A DNA stretch of 64,000 bases from Haplodiscus bocki (lineage: Eukaryota). How positions within the stretch are numbered: the stretch's first letter is position 1; every line of letters starts with the position of its first letter. Of the stretch, positions 55,201 to 64,000 are shown in pieces. The stretch is taken from assembly GCA_965655095.1 (NCBI GenBank), contig OZ296654.1, positions 77,004,001-77,068,000 of the forward strand, in the 5' to 3' direction. Position numbers and translations under genes: made by a program. The notes under the pieces were generated by a model. That model had not been told where the DNA came from, made no database searches, and saw nothing but the letters and a program-made list of their open reading frames with translations.

Positions 55201-58200
55201 CATCTTTGGATAAATGAAATAAACAAATTGGCTTCACATGATATGAATAATGCTCCAATTCATCTCAGGCGTCATCTGATATCCGATCCACCGTCTACAA
55301 AGATTACCATCCATTCCGAGTAATTCTTTGGTAGATGATGATTTTACATTACTTTTTAGAGCCTTATAAATTCGACCCCTTAAGTTGTGGAATAATCTGC
55401 AGTTAGTGTTTGTATTTTCTTTTTTCAATATTTTCTTTTTTGGTTCTGTTGGAAGTGTTCTCTACCTTAAGATTTAGCTTCCTCATAAATGTTGATTCTC
55501 CATTCTCTTCGTTTACCATTCAAACATTGTTCGAATTCATTTGTATACTTTTGGCTATTTTCCTGAAGTAAAAATTGTTATTAATTTTTCAATTCACATT
55601 TGCTATATTTTTTCAATTCATCCATTTTTTTAAAACTTTCTTTGAAGTGATTGACATAACTCTGATTCTGAGCCCATTCCCATTGATGTCAATTAAGCTC
55701 AAAATTTTACCTCGTGACTCTGTAAAATATTTGGTGAGTCAGGAGCGAGAGTTTTGACTGCTGGCTTAAACGAATTCCATGCTTTTTCATTTCCTTTCAA
55801 TATTTTATTCATTGTATTTTTAAATCCAGCTCTTTCATGCTGGAATTGATTTGGTGTAAAAGTAATTTGTTTGTGACATTTGCATTTAGGATTAGGAGGC
55901 ATGTCATGTACTTGTTATAAACTTACTTCATTATTCAAATCATACCATGATAGATTCTACATGAGTGATGATTGATTGTTTTTCCATTTTGCAGATTTTG
56001 GAAATTTTTCTCGTTTTGTTAGTTTGGTTTTAGTCTGCTTATTCATTTACATAGTAAAAATTTTGTGATTTGTTTCGTCCACAAATACTGCAACTACCCT
56101 TGATAAATTCAACAACTTTTTGAGTTTTAGTGTTCACTCTTTCATACATTTTGATTTTTGGTTTGACTGAAGTGACGTCCACCTAAGCAATTTGTTTGTC
56201 TTGGATTTTAATCCATTTATTTTAACGAAAAATTCGTAATCAGGGGGTGGGTGGGGGCACTCGGACTCGGTTCATATTTAATAATTTTCCTTTTCTAGGT
56301 TAGAACAATTTTTTTATACATGAATTAATATTCACATCATTTTGGCTCAATAAAATTTAAGCTTAGTTATTTGTTCGGACGAAATACTATCTTTGTTCAA
56401 AATATCACAGAATACGTTTTCGACTTTGAACTGAGTGTTTTTCATTATATCAGATCTTTTATCAAGACAATGATTATCAATCTTTTTCAATTCCTTAGCT
56501 TCTATTTCGTCATTTTTTCACCAACCATAGATTGATTCAATGTCTTCTCATATAGAAAAGTAATTTTATTATTCCACTCTCGTAATTTAGTTTATCTTAT
56601 TTTTTAGCTTTGATGTATTCATTCGTGATGAAGATAGCGATAGGAGTTAGCACGGCTACTACTTGTTGCTATAATACCTACAGTTGAATTCAATATTGTT
56701 TATATACTACTGGTTATTGTTGAAGTACCTCTCTATAAAATCTCAGAAATATTTAATAATACTTCTTGTTTAAACCTTTGATTTTTTCTTATTATAATCA
56801 TTATCACTTTAGAAATTTTAGAATATTTTCGTGATCGTGTTTCTCTGTTTTATTTCTTCAATTTCGTCATTTTTAGTTGTTATTTTTAACGAAGTAGGAT
56901 CTTCATTTTTAAATTTGCATATGCCATTATTTAATAAACAGAAAGTACTAGTCTAATAATGATACAGCAATTTTTTTTATTCTGTCCATGTAATTTTCCA
57001 AAGCTAAGTTTTATATTTATTTCATGATCAATAATTTTGGTTTGTTTCAATATATCTGGATCTGTTAATGATAGAAACAATATCAAAGATCGTTCATGTC
57101 TAACATCTTCAAACATTATAGCAAAATATTGTTCCATTTCCTATTGAAATTTTTCTCGATACTAGCTTCTTATTCTTTAATGTAATCAAGATAGTCTTCG
57201 TTTCGTTCAGGTAATAATTTCATAAACTTTATACAAAGAGGGTTTATATTATTTTTTAAAAACCCACATTGTTTATAAATCATTTTCAATTTTGATTGAA
57301 ATCATTTATAATACAATCTTTTTGTAATCTGCGATTGAATCAAATAAGTCTTCAAATTAAATTATATGTATCATTTGAAATACGGAATGTGTTATTTTAA
57401 TATTGCTAAAATACATATCCGCATGAGGTGTATCTATTTGATCATAAATTAGTTTTGTTCCATAATTCTATACAGTAAAACTTGAACCTAATAAGGTCCA
57501 ATCTGTTGATTACTATATCGATCGTTTTTAGGTATATTATACCTCGTGCTCCGTGTGTTATCACTTAATAGAAGTTGCAGTCTGAAACGACCCATAGATT
57601 TCATTGAATCATTAGTTAAAATTGAATATCTGTTATAATAGAAAGTTATATTAGTAATTTGAATAATATCCGTTCCGTTCAGAACTACAATGAACATTAT
57701 CAGAACCAGAAATATTAGCAGTTCTCTTTATACATAAAACTATCTCCAATAGGAGGTAAACTTGTTGCTCCCGAATTACCTATTGGAGAACTTGTTTTTG
57801 TTGATCCTATAAAATTTTGTATTTTTCCAGAGCCAATTTTATCAGAGCATTTTATGTTCCATTGTTGTAATAGACATCCCCCAATTTTAGGGTGTTTGAT
57901 AGTTGTTGTATCTGTAATTTGTATTTGATTTTCCGACAGATACTTTGAGATAGTTTTTTAGTGTTTGATTAAATCCTAAAATATTACCACCGCCTAATGA
58001 TTCGTCAACATATTTTTTCCTTGCTGATTCGTTGTCTGAACTAGGACTGTGATACTATCTAAATCAGGTAATTTATTATCGTTAAAATTAGTGTCAATAT
58101 TTTTTTCTAAATCACTCGATTCATTGGAAAAATCTATCCCTAAATCTTGTCTAGATCGTTCTTTTTCTTGATGAAATTGATCCACATATGACGTGTAATG

Positions 58201-61200
58201 ACTTGATTATCATTTACTTCTTGAGTATTCAAAGTAATACTATTTATAATAATTAAATTAAAATTACATTTTTTATTTTGGTTGTTTCTAGCCAATGTTG
58301 GTTCGTCTACACTATTAGGAATAGCTTGATCAACATAATATTTAGCTATTAATTGTTCCACGATTGCGGGCATTCTGTTTACTTTAACAAATCTAACGTT
58401 ATCGAGATTTTTATCATTGAAGTCAACATGTTCGGTTTTTTTTATTATACTCGGATCGTTGAAAAAAGTATGAACATAATTTTTTGAAACTGCTTCTTTA
58501 ATGCTAATAGGATCTTTTAGATATTTTTTTTTGTGATTTTTCATATCAATGTCTTCCTCAATATTACTCTCAATATAATTAGTTTTTAGCTATGGTTTTT
58601 GTACAAGTAGAGATGTATCAAAATTTTTTTCAGAATTATTTAAAATTTTGCCGAGTACATTTATCGGCATTTTTAATTAACCAAATACATTTTTAAAATA
58701 GTATCGTAATAATTCTTTCTGTCTATTTAATAGAGAAAATTTAAACAATTTGTTCCACATAATCTACTATTTATATCGTGAATTTTATAAATATGATAAG
58801 GTATTGGTTTTGGTAAATGGTTAAGTAAGAATTTATCGGGAGCTCCTCCGAAGCTGTCGAAGTAGAATGATTTATCTTTCATGTAAAAGCAAATCCAGTG
58901 AGTTCCCCCATGCTTCCGTTATCTGAATTTACGAATCCTTTGTTAGTATTTATTTTAGAATCTCTAGGATAAATTGGATAGTTATAAACTCTTTGTAAAT
59001 CACTTTGGGACATAGTTTAAAAGATTTTATGAAAAAAATACAATTTAAAAGACGATACTTTGTACCAAAGTGTAAACATGATAAAACTTAGTTTGAAAGA
59101 TTTTATGGAAAAATACAATATAAAAGACGATACTAAAATTTATTATTTATTGGAATGATAATCTGGAGAGTTTTAACTCTCAAATAAGTTCAATTCCAGT
59201 AATTTTCTTTCCATCTGGAACCATTTTAAATTCTTTTTTATCAATTTCACATGGAAATTAAGTTTTATTCAGGGGCAGTTTCATATTCCTCGAAGAGTCT
59301 TTTTCTTTGGTGTTACATAGTCAATTTGGAATCTTGTATCAATAACTTGAATAGGATAGAAAGTTTTCATATCAAGATAACTTATGAACGGGTTTAATAA
59401 TGATTCGCCATTATATTCTTTATAACACAATTCAAGATCCCTATATTGGATCAAATGTTTGTTTTGTGAGAAATTTGTCTCGATTGGATCCTTCGGATAT
59501 CGAGTGACATCGATCTCTATAAAATATCTTCTCACATCAACATTATCGAAAATCGCGTTATCAAACTGATTTGGTGGTCTTGCAGAATTGTCACGTTGTT
59601 TTTTGATGTGCGGCTCTTAGTTATAGAGGAACGTTGATCTTCGATGCTGATCCTATATCTGGTTGATATTCATTACCATTGTTAACGGGTTTTTTATCAG
59701 TCACCCATGAATCAAAAGATAGTGTTAAACTTGATTGAATTGATTCATTAAAAATTTTTGTTGTTCTGTGGAGGGGATGAGACTTGCTCTATATGTATTG
59801 TTTTCGAGAGGATTTTTGATATGGAAAGTCCAAAACTTGCTGTTCTTTCGAGTAGAGCATCCGTGAAAACTACTGGAGAAATGTAGACCGTCATACTTTT
59901 TGGTAAAGGAAACTTCTATTGCTCAAAATACTAAGTAAAGTAAGTTTTCTGGTTTCCAAAATTTCTTTGCAAAGAAACCATGAAGACGATTTTTTTCCAG
60001 ATATTTTGGCTGACTTCCTTAGCAATGAAAACTATGGCGTTTTTCGCAATAGGCTGGGAGCTATGGTTTGCAGAGGGAGGGATATCACGAAATCTGCCGA
60101 AAAATGAAAAAAGCAAACAACAGGAATTTTCATTCAACTCGAAGCCTCAGCTTTGGTTGGAAAATAAATGTTATTAAATAAAACCGTAACGATCGTTGCA
60201 CTTGGGCTTCAATCACATGCGCCTAACCAATCAGGAGCTCTCCAAACGTTGCTTAGGAAAGGCTCGCCGCTCAAGCCGTTGACTTCTAGCTGAAAGTTCT
60301 GCAAGGAAAGTCATCTGGGAGTAACATTTTGCAGCCGTTCTTCCCTAACCAGCAAACCCAATATTTGCGTTAGTGCAAAACGAAACTTGATAGCATTCGA
60401 ACCAGGGCCCAATTAAGGTGGACCTGACCTCTGAAGGGATGATGATAATTGAATAAAACTTTAAGTCAGCAGAAAATCTCCGAAAATAACCTATATTTTC
60501 CCCAATTTTCGGTTGGGTTTTTTTGCCATAAGTGGTGCTTTACATGAAAAAGCAGCTCTTTAACTACTCGCTTGATCACTGTTTGTGGGATTCTCCGGTT
60601 GTGCCGGAGAGAACTGTTGGTAGTGGAACAACTGCTGTCAAGAAAATGAATTCGAAAAATGTTTAGGTCAATATGTGATTGTAATAAAGCTTTTACTTTT
60701 TCAAGATTGTAACATATATTACTTCGACTCTGAATTCACAATTCGTTGACAGCTACGCGGGAAATTGCCTGATGCTTGGAGTTCTGCGTGCTATTAAGAA
60801 TTCTTGTTTGTTAAAACTCGGTGTTTTGAAACGTGAGCCTTGGGGCTCATTTCTGGTTCGTTAGTTTTTAGCATCGGTGCTATGATTCCTTAGAACCCGC
60901 GAGAAATCTTCGGATCTTATTCATGCATTCTTGAACGTTTTCGGCAGGTGCTAGGATGTACTAGAGTTGCCAATTTACCATCTTAATAAGTTTTCGGACT
61001 TTTGTTTTTCGGCCACGTTGTTTCCACAGAAAAAACCATGAAAGCGGAAAATTGAAGAGAAAAACGTGAGAGGTTTTTCGATTGGAATCAGCAGGAGTTA
61101 CCCTGGTAGGTGAAATGTGCGCTGAGATCTAGTCGACTTGCTGAATTTTTTGGTCGATGTCAAAGTGTACAAGAAGAATTAAATACGAGCGTTGCTTTCA

Positions 61201-62944
61201 GCGTTTCAGTAAAGTAGGAAAAAGCCAAAAGCCTCCCATGAAAAAAGCTTGCTTTTCTAGCCGTTGAACTCTAGCCTAAGGAAATTATGCAAGGAAAGTT
61301 GGCCTTATTAAGAGGAAACAATTTATAGATTTTATTTCCTGAACAGCAAACGCAATTGTTGCATTAGCGGGAAACGCCACTTGATACCATTTGAATCAAG
61401 AGTCAATAGGTGGCGACAGTTTTTTCTGACGAGATATTTTTACTTGAAAATCATGAAATTTTGCTAAACGGAAATAGTTCTCAGGAAAAAAACGTTTCTT
61501 ACCAAACTTTTTCTCTGGAAAATCTTTGGAACTTTAATGAATCCTCGAAAGCAGTAAGAAAATATTAAATTTCGTTCATGAAAATTACAGGGCTCTGAGA
61601 CAGCGTTCGGTGGTACTATTGTTGGAAAATGACCATTTCATCAGTCAAAAATTCCAGTTTTTGACGTTCTAGCGTAGAGAACCTTGTTGGCGAAAAATTT
61701 CGGACTTTTCCGAGAAAAATGTAACCCAGAGACTTGCCGAGTTTTACAGCTAGAACTATTTCCCTAGGTGCCGAAAGTTTCGCTCCAAGCGTAGGTGATT
61801 CGTTGCGAGAATCACTCGCTCGATGTCAAATTAACGCCTGGCTAAAAATTGGATCCTCTTTGCACTTGCGCTCATCTGCCAAATGAAAAATATCGATTTC
61901 CCGAAAGACCAGCTGTCTAGCAATGCTTGTCCTTCGGTTCAGCGTTAGAAGGCGACAATGACCTACAGAAAGCGATGGGAGGATCCAGCGAAAAGAAACT
62001 TTTAAAGAAAGAAGTGGAAGTTTCGGACTTTTTTGCTAAACTTCCGGCAAAAGTTCACCCCCTAATAAATCAATCCTGACGCACCACAAGATCAACCTGG
62101 CCACTGACAGATTTTCAATGACTAATTCAAACCAACCGAGGTACTTGCATGCCCTTCAGGTTACATTGTCGGAAAATATGAATTTTTTGCAAAATTTTCC
62201 GCCGAAATTGCACCGAGAAAATTTTTCAAACAAGGGCATCAGGAAAGGTTGATTTTGCTCCAATTACACCAACCTAGGCACCCATCGTATGCGAATGGTA
62301 CTGTTGTTAGTCAAATTCAACGATTTGTCTCAGTAATTTTCGGACGCCGAAAATTTGGTACATGGTCAATTGCAACCTTGTACACATTTTTAGAAAACTA
62401 GAACATTCCAACCAATACGCTCGGAGATATAATGCTTCAAAGCCAAGAAACGCATAGGGCACGTCATAACAAATTGTCATTAAAAGTGAATTTGTAAATT
62501 GGCAAAATGAGTTAATGATTAATTTGCTTTTTCATTTATAAAATATGGAGGCGGAAAATAATAACTAAAAGTGTTACTTGAGGACTTCAAGCAACTTGTT
62601 AATACAGTATGGTCCATATTCGTTTTAGATGCTTCATTGAAAGTAACTTTTATGACTTTCCAGGTGACTCTACCGACAAAAACAATCACAGTCCCCTGGT
62701 GAGACAAAACAATGGTGGGGATATGTCTTCGCCCGCTAATTTCCGTGCACCCGCGGTCGCCATGTCAACTGTTTGCAGCAGTTCCAATAATTCAACAGCT
62801 AGTAGCAGCAACCTAACCATCACTTCGGATACCTCGTCTGTTGCACTCAACAGTACCACTGTGACGTCACAGATTGGGTCATTGAATTTTGGAGACAGCA
62901 ACAGTCGACAAGTTTTGCACGATTCTGCATTCTTCACTGCTTTC
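19069..62944 (+). CDS. BicC: Bicaudal-C homolog (KH-domain RNA-binding protein), multi-exon, 3'-incomplete in window
   Basis: Exons 19069-19282, 24769-24803, 25035-25104, 25343-25422, 32057-32278, 32820-33170, 35101-35325, 37240-37435, 37882-38136, 41322-41897, 47825-48136, 48497-48724, 62664-62944 have AG/GT boundaries and compatible phases. Diagnostic peptide [45 protein letters not shown]. Confidence 0.9.
20816..21935 (-). mobile_element. DINE-1/HINE-like non-autonomous Helentron with ~120-bp central tandem repeats, copy 1 (5'-truncated)
   Basis: Begins aacaaggcggccggctagcaccgacatatttttcgc, the reverse of a hairpin + CTTGTT 3' end; repeated unit tgtctcacagt(a/g)ccgaaaaatttcgt...gtgtttcagaaaattt..tatcgaaaaattttatg..aagaggggggtatcac. 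Confidence 0.65.
21945..23128 (-). mobile_element. HINE-like element with central tandem repeats, copy 2
   Basis: Shares gctagcaccggcatatttttcgccc end, same ~120-bp units, a tRNA-like segment at 22955-23025, and 5' subterminal repeat ..gcgaaaaataa at 23128. Confidence 0.65.
23245..24168 (+). mobile_element. HINE-like element with central tandem repeats, copy 3 (inverted relative to copy 2)
   Basis: 5' ttattttccgcc subTIR with internal partial IR; 3' gggcgaaaaatat subTIR, hairpin ccgg-tgctag-ccgg and terminal tcttgtt; flanked by T runs, no TSD. Confidence 0.7.
24769..24803 (+). CDS. BicC: BicC exon 2 (35 nt)
   Basis: tttcag|...gag|gtaaga; phase 1 in, phase 0 out; encodes [12 protein letters not shown], aligning to GEDFFQK. 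Confidence 0.7.
25035..25104 (+). CDS. BicC: BicC exon 3 (70 nt)
   Basis: aatag|..aag|gtaact; [23 protein letters not shown] aligns to IMEETNTQIAWPSKLKIGAKSKK. Confidence 0.75.
25343..25422 (+). CDS. BicC: BicC exon 4 (80 nt)
   Basis: ttctag|..cgg|gtaagt; [24 protein letters not shown], end of first KH repeat. Confidence 0.85.
25795..26445. mobile_element. Degenerate MITE-like element with imperfect terminal inverted repeats
   Basis: caaaatacccaaagtcctaaaataccca (~25795) is inverted to tgggtattttgggactttgggtattttg (~26403-26431); right end ggaaccctg; no clear TSD. Confidence 0.55.
29700..31470. repeat. Dispersed repeat family, copy A (unclassified)
   Basis: Shares blocks with 43900-45210, e.g. 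gtcggaa..ctgatagtccaaaaa, cgatataaca(c/t)tgct.gcgc.agtgt, ttcttccgac.aggtctcaa; boundaries approximate. Confidence 0.6.
32057..32278 (+). CDS. BicC: BicC exon 5 (KH domain with GKSG loop)
   Basis: gagtag|..agg|gttagt; [52 protein letters not shown]. Confidence 0.95.
32820..33170 (+). CDS. BicC: BicC exon 6 (KH-like repeat)
   Basis: ttcag|..aca|gtcagt; [44 protein letters not shown]. Confidence 0.9.
34500..34921. mobile_element. hAT-like MITE, 422 bp
   Basis: Perfect 19-bp TIR caggccctacaaaaattcg / cgaatttttgtagggcctg; perfect 8-bp TSD cacactac (34492-34499, 34922-34929). Confidence 0.93.
35101..35325 (+). CDS. BicC: BicC exon 7 (KH domain, degenerate loop)
   Basis: tttcag|..gtg|gtatgc; [39 protein letters not shown]. 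Confidence 0.9.
36630..36935 (-). repeat. Dispersed repeat carrying a tRNA-like segment, copy A
   Basis: On - strand: A-box-like tggcacagtcag and B-box-like gattcgagcc (36651-36712); homologous to 45715-45812 plus 46281-46480. Confidence 0.6.
37240..37435 (+). CDS. BicC: BicC exon 8 (KH-like repeat)
   Basis: tttcag|..tg|gtaagt; [41 protein letters not shown]. Confidence 0.9.
37882..38136 (+). CDS. BicC: BicC exon 9 (low-complexity linker)
   Basis: tttcag|..aat|gtaagt; phase 1 to 1; open frame. Confidence 0.75.
41322..41897 (+). CDS. BicC: BicC exon 10 (S/P/Q-rich linker)
   Basis: ttctag|..ctg|gttagt; 576 nt, GC-richer, open, phase 1 to 1. Confidence 0.8.
43900..45210. repeat. Dispersed repeat family, copy B (unclassified)
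   Basis: Homologous blocks to 29700-31470 in the same orientation; boundaries approximate. Confidence 0.55.
45813..46280 (+). mobile_element. Short HINE-like element inserted in a T-run of another repeat
   Basis: 5' gatttgcgccatattcttaagaatatg hairpin, 3' gccgctggtagccgggcgtcttgtt; splits a repeat that is contiguous at 36700-36750. Confidence 0.65.
47345..47513. mobile_element. MITE, 169 bp, superfamily uncertain
   Basis: TIR ggatcttttctgttaa / ttaacagaaaagatcc extended by C-rich/G-rich tracts; 8-bp TSD ctgaattt (47337-47344, 47514-47521); internal (GT)n. Confidence 0.88.
47825..48136 (+). CDS. BicC: BicC exon 11 (N/S-rich linker; donor site uncertain)
   Basis: ttgcag| acceptor in phase 1, open frame; donor t|gttaat (48136) or t|gtaaca (48121), both phase 1. 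Confidence 0.65.
48497..48724 (+). CDS. BicC: BicC exon 12 (N/S-rich linker)
   Basis: atttag|..cag|gtgaaa; phase 1 to 1; contains 21-bp tandem duplication DSVIAKT x2. Confidence 0.65.
49540..53050 (-). pseudogene. Protein-primed family B DNA polymerase (pPolB), fragmented
   Basis: RIYADFE (~51725), [32 protein letters not shown], motif [18 protein letters not shown], motif [13 protein letters not shown] (~50150), motif C HNKDTDSF (~49855); N-terminal limit approximate. Confidence 0.9.
54240..55050 (-). pseudogene. Polinton retroviral-like (rve) integrase, fragmented
   Basis: [68 protein letters not shown]. Confidence 0.88.
55110..55500 (-). pseudogene. Viral-type HNH endonuclease, frameshifted
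   Basis: [55 protein letters not shown]. Confidence 0.7.
57370..58670 (-). pseudogene. Fibre/spike-like gene with repeated KxYVD motifs and a C-terminal MAM-like domain, fragmented
   Basis: [17 protein letters not shown] repeats; C-terminal [39 protein letters not shown]. Confidence 0.55.
58700..59135 (-). pseudogene. Adenovirus-type cysteine protease (Polinton PRO), fragmented
   Basis: [49 protein letters not shown]. Confidence 0.85.
59140..59790 (-). pseudogene. Polinton major capsid protein, C-terminal fragment
   Basis: [49 protein letters not shown] resembles the Polinton MCP C-terminal jelly-roll; adjacent to PRO. Confidence 0.7.
62664..62944 (+). CDS. BicC: Probable BicC exon 13 (S/T/N-rich linker; donor uncertain)
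   Basis: tttccag| acceptor in phase 1 matching exon 12; open S-rich frame; candidate donor ttc|gttagt. Confidence 0.6.
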
Positions 62945-63009
62945 GTTAGTTTTAGGACCGAAGGATTCGGAAGCCACAGGTCGAGAGTTCGAACTCCGGT
63001 ATGAGCTGT

Positions 63010-63834
63010 TTATTATTTTCCGCCATATTTAAAATATGGAAGGAAAATCATCCGCCTTACCCGATGTTTGCCAATTGCGTTCGTTTGTATACAATGTTGT
63101 TCTCGTTTGAAAAAAAAATTTGAAAAACCTAAAATGTTCGTCTGGACACTATAATGCAGTGTTGACAACTATGCCGAAAATTTTCCCCGAAAGTCCGAAA
63201 GAATTATAAAATTATAATTTCTCCAAAAAATATTTTTCCTCAAAAAGTACTTGAAGAAGCAGTATTTCTTTTTGGAAAAAAAACGCTTTCATCTTTTTAA
63301 AAGGCATCTACTGAGTTTTTTGAAAATACCGAACTTAAGAAAATTTTTGCAAAAGCATAATTTTAGTACCCCCAGTTTCATCTTAATTATCCGCCCGCCA
63401 GTCGAATATCCGTTACATCAGCAGAGCAAACACTTTTGGAAAATGCTGGCGGAAAAGCGAGAGATTATTAAACTATTTGCAATTTCTTTGCGGCAAAATA
63501 CAAGGTAGTACCCCCCCACCACCACTTATTCCTCGATTATCCGCCATTTTTGTCAATGAACGGGCATGTTTATTGATCGAAGTGAATAACTGCGAAACTC
63601 AATTTTAGCCATCTAGGACGAAATTATGACTTTGGACGTTTCATTGAAAATAAAATGAAATTCGGGTCCAAACTGCTGCACGAATGCTGGCGAAACGTCG
63701 GGAAGTTATTAAACTTCCCTTTGGTTTAAAGTGTCTCCGAAAAGACCAAAACTACTCGAAGCATTAAGGGCTCTCCCCCTTTGAGTATATTGAGACTTAA
63801 AGGGTGGCGCCGACTCTGGGATTCCTGGCTTGTT
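63010..63834 (+). mobile_element. HINE-like element (possibly composite)
   Basis: 5' ttattttccgccatatttaaaatatggaaggaaaat hairpin plus ttacccgatgtttgccaattg shared with the 45813 copy; 3' ctgggattcctggcttgtt. Confidence 0.5.
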
Positions 63835-64000
63835 CAATGCTCAATTGTTTTCCCTAGTAGATGGGAAAATGTTTAAGGGAGTGATAGTGGAACGAGGAAC
63901 TGAGTTGCTGCATGTTCTAAGTGGTTCACTCGTTCTGCGCTTGGGTCTTAGGAAGTAAAACAAATTATCACAATTTTGCCGTGAATTTCGACCCAAAAAA

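Larger units (their letters stand above)
48855..59790 (-). mobile_element. Decayed Polinton/Maverick (adintovirus-like) element; one terminus retained, other end truncated
   Basis: Abrupt shift to very AT-rich DNA starting AGTAGT at 48855 (Polinton terminal signature); minus-strand remnants of pPolB, integrase, HNH, fibre-like gene, cysteine protease and major capsid protein. Confidence 0.9.

Noticed and set aside
59860-59880. actact as the second Polinton terminus
   Set aside because: Preceding bases do not match the reverse complement of the TIR at 48855, and there is no 6-bp TSD.
60225-60262. CCAAT box plus RFX X-box-like motif
   Set aside because: Imperfect short matches in repeat-like intronic DNA with no associated exon.

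Overview
Eukaryotic (invertebrate animal-like), AT-rich, repeat-dense genomic DNA with one assembly gap (8197-8431). The one host gene is a divergent Bicaudal-C (KH-domain RNA-binding protein) on the + strand. I can build 13 phase-compatible coding exons from ATG 19069 to about 62944; the SAM domain lies beyond the window. Upstream are a heavily decayed CR1/L2-type LINE (~4030-8150) and a CRE-clade (RLE-type) non-LTR retrotransposon with an N-terminal PHD finger (~8984-16700). A near full-length CR1/L2-type LINE (11849-16419, TSD ATTTG, (AAC)5 tail) has inserted into the CRE element. It has three parts: a standalone SGNH-like ORF0, a PHD ORF1 and an APE-RT ORF2. The BicC introns hold DINE-1/HINE-like non-autonomous Helentrons with ~120-bp central tandem repeats (two form a ~2.2-kb palindrome), two clean MITEs with 8-bp TSDs, and dispersed repeats. 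They also hold a ~11-kb decayed Polinton/adintovirus on the - strand: AGTAGT terminus, pPolB, integrase, HNH endonuclease, fibre-like gene with a MAM-like domain, cysteine protease and capsid fragment. All calls come from reading motifs by eye; no searches were run.
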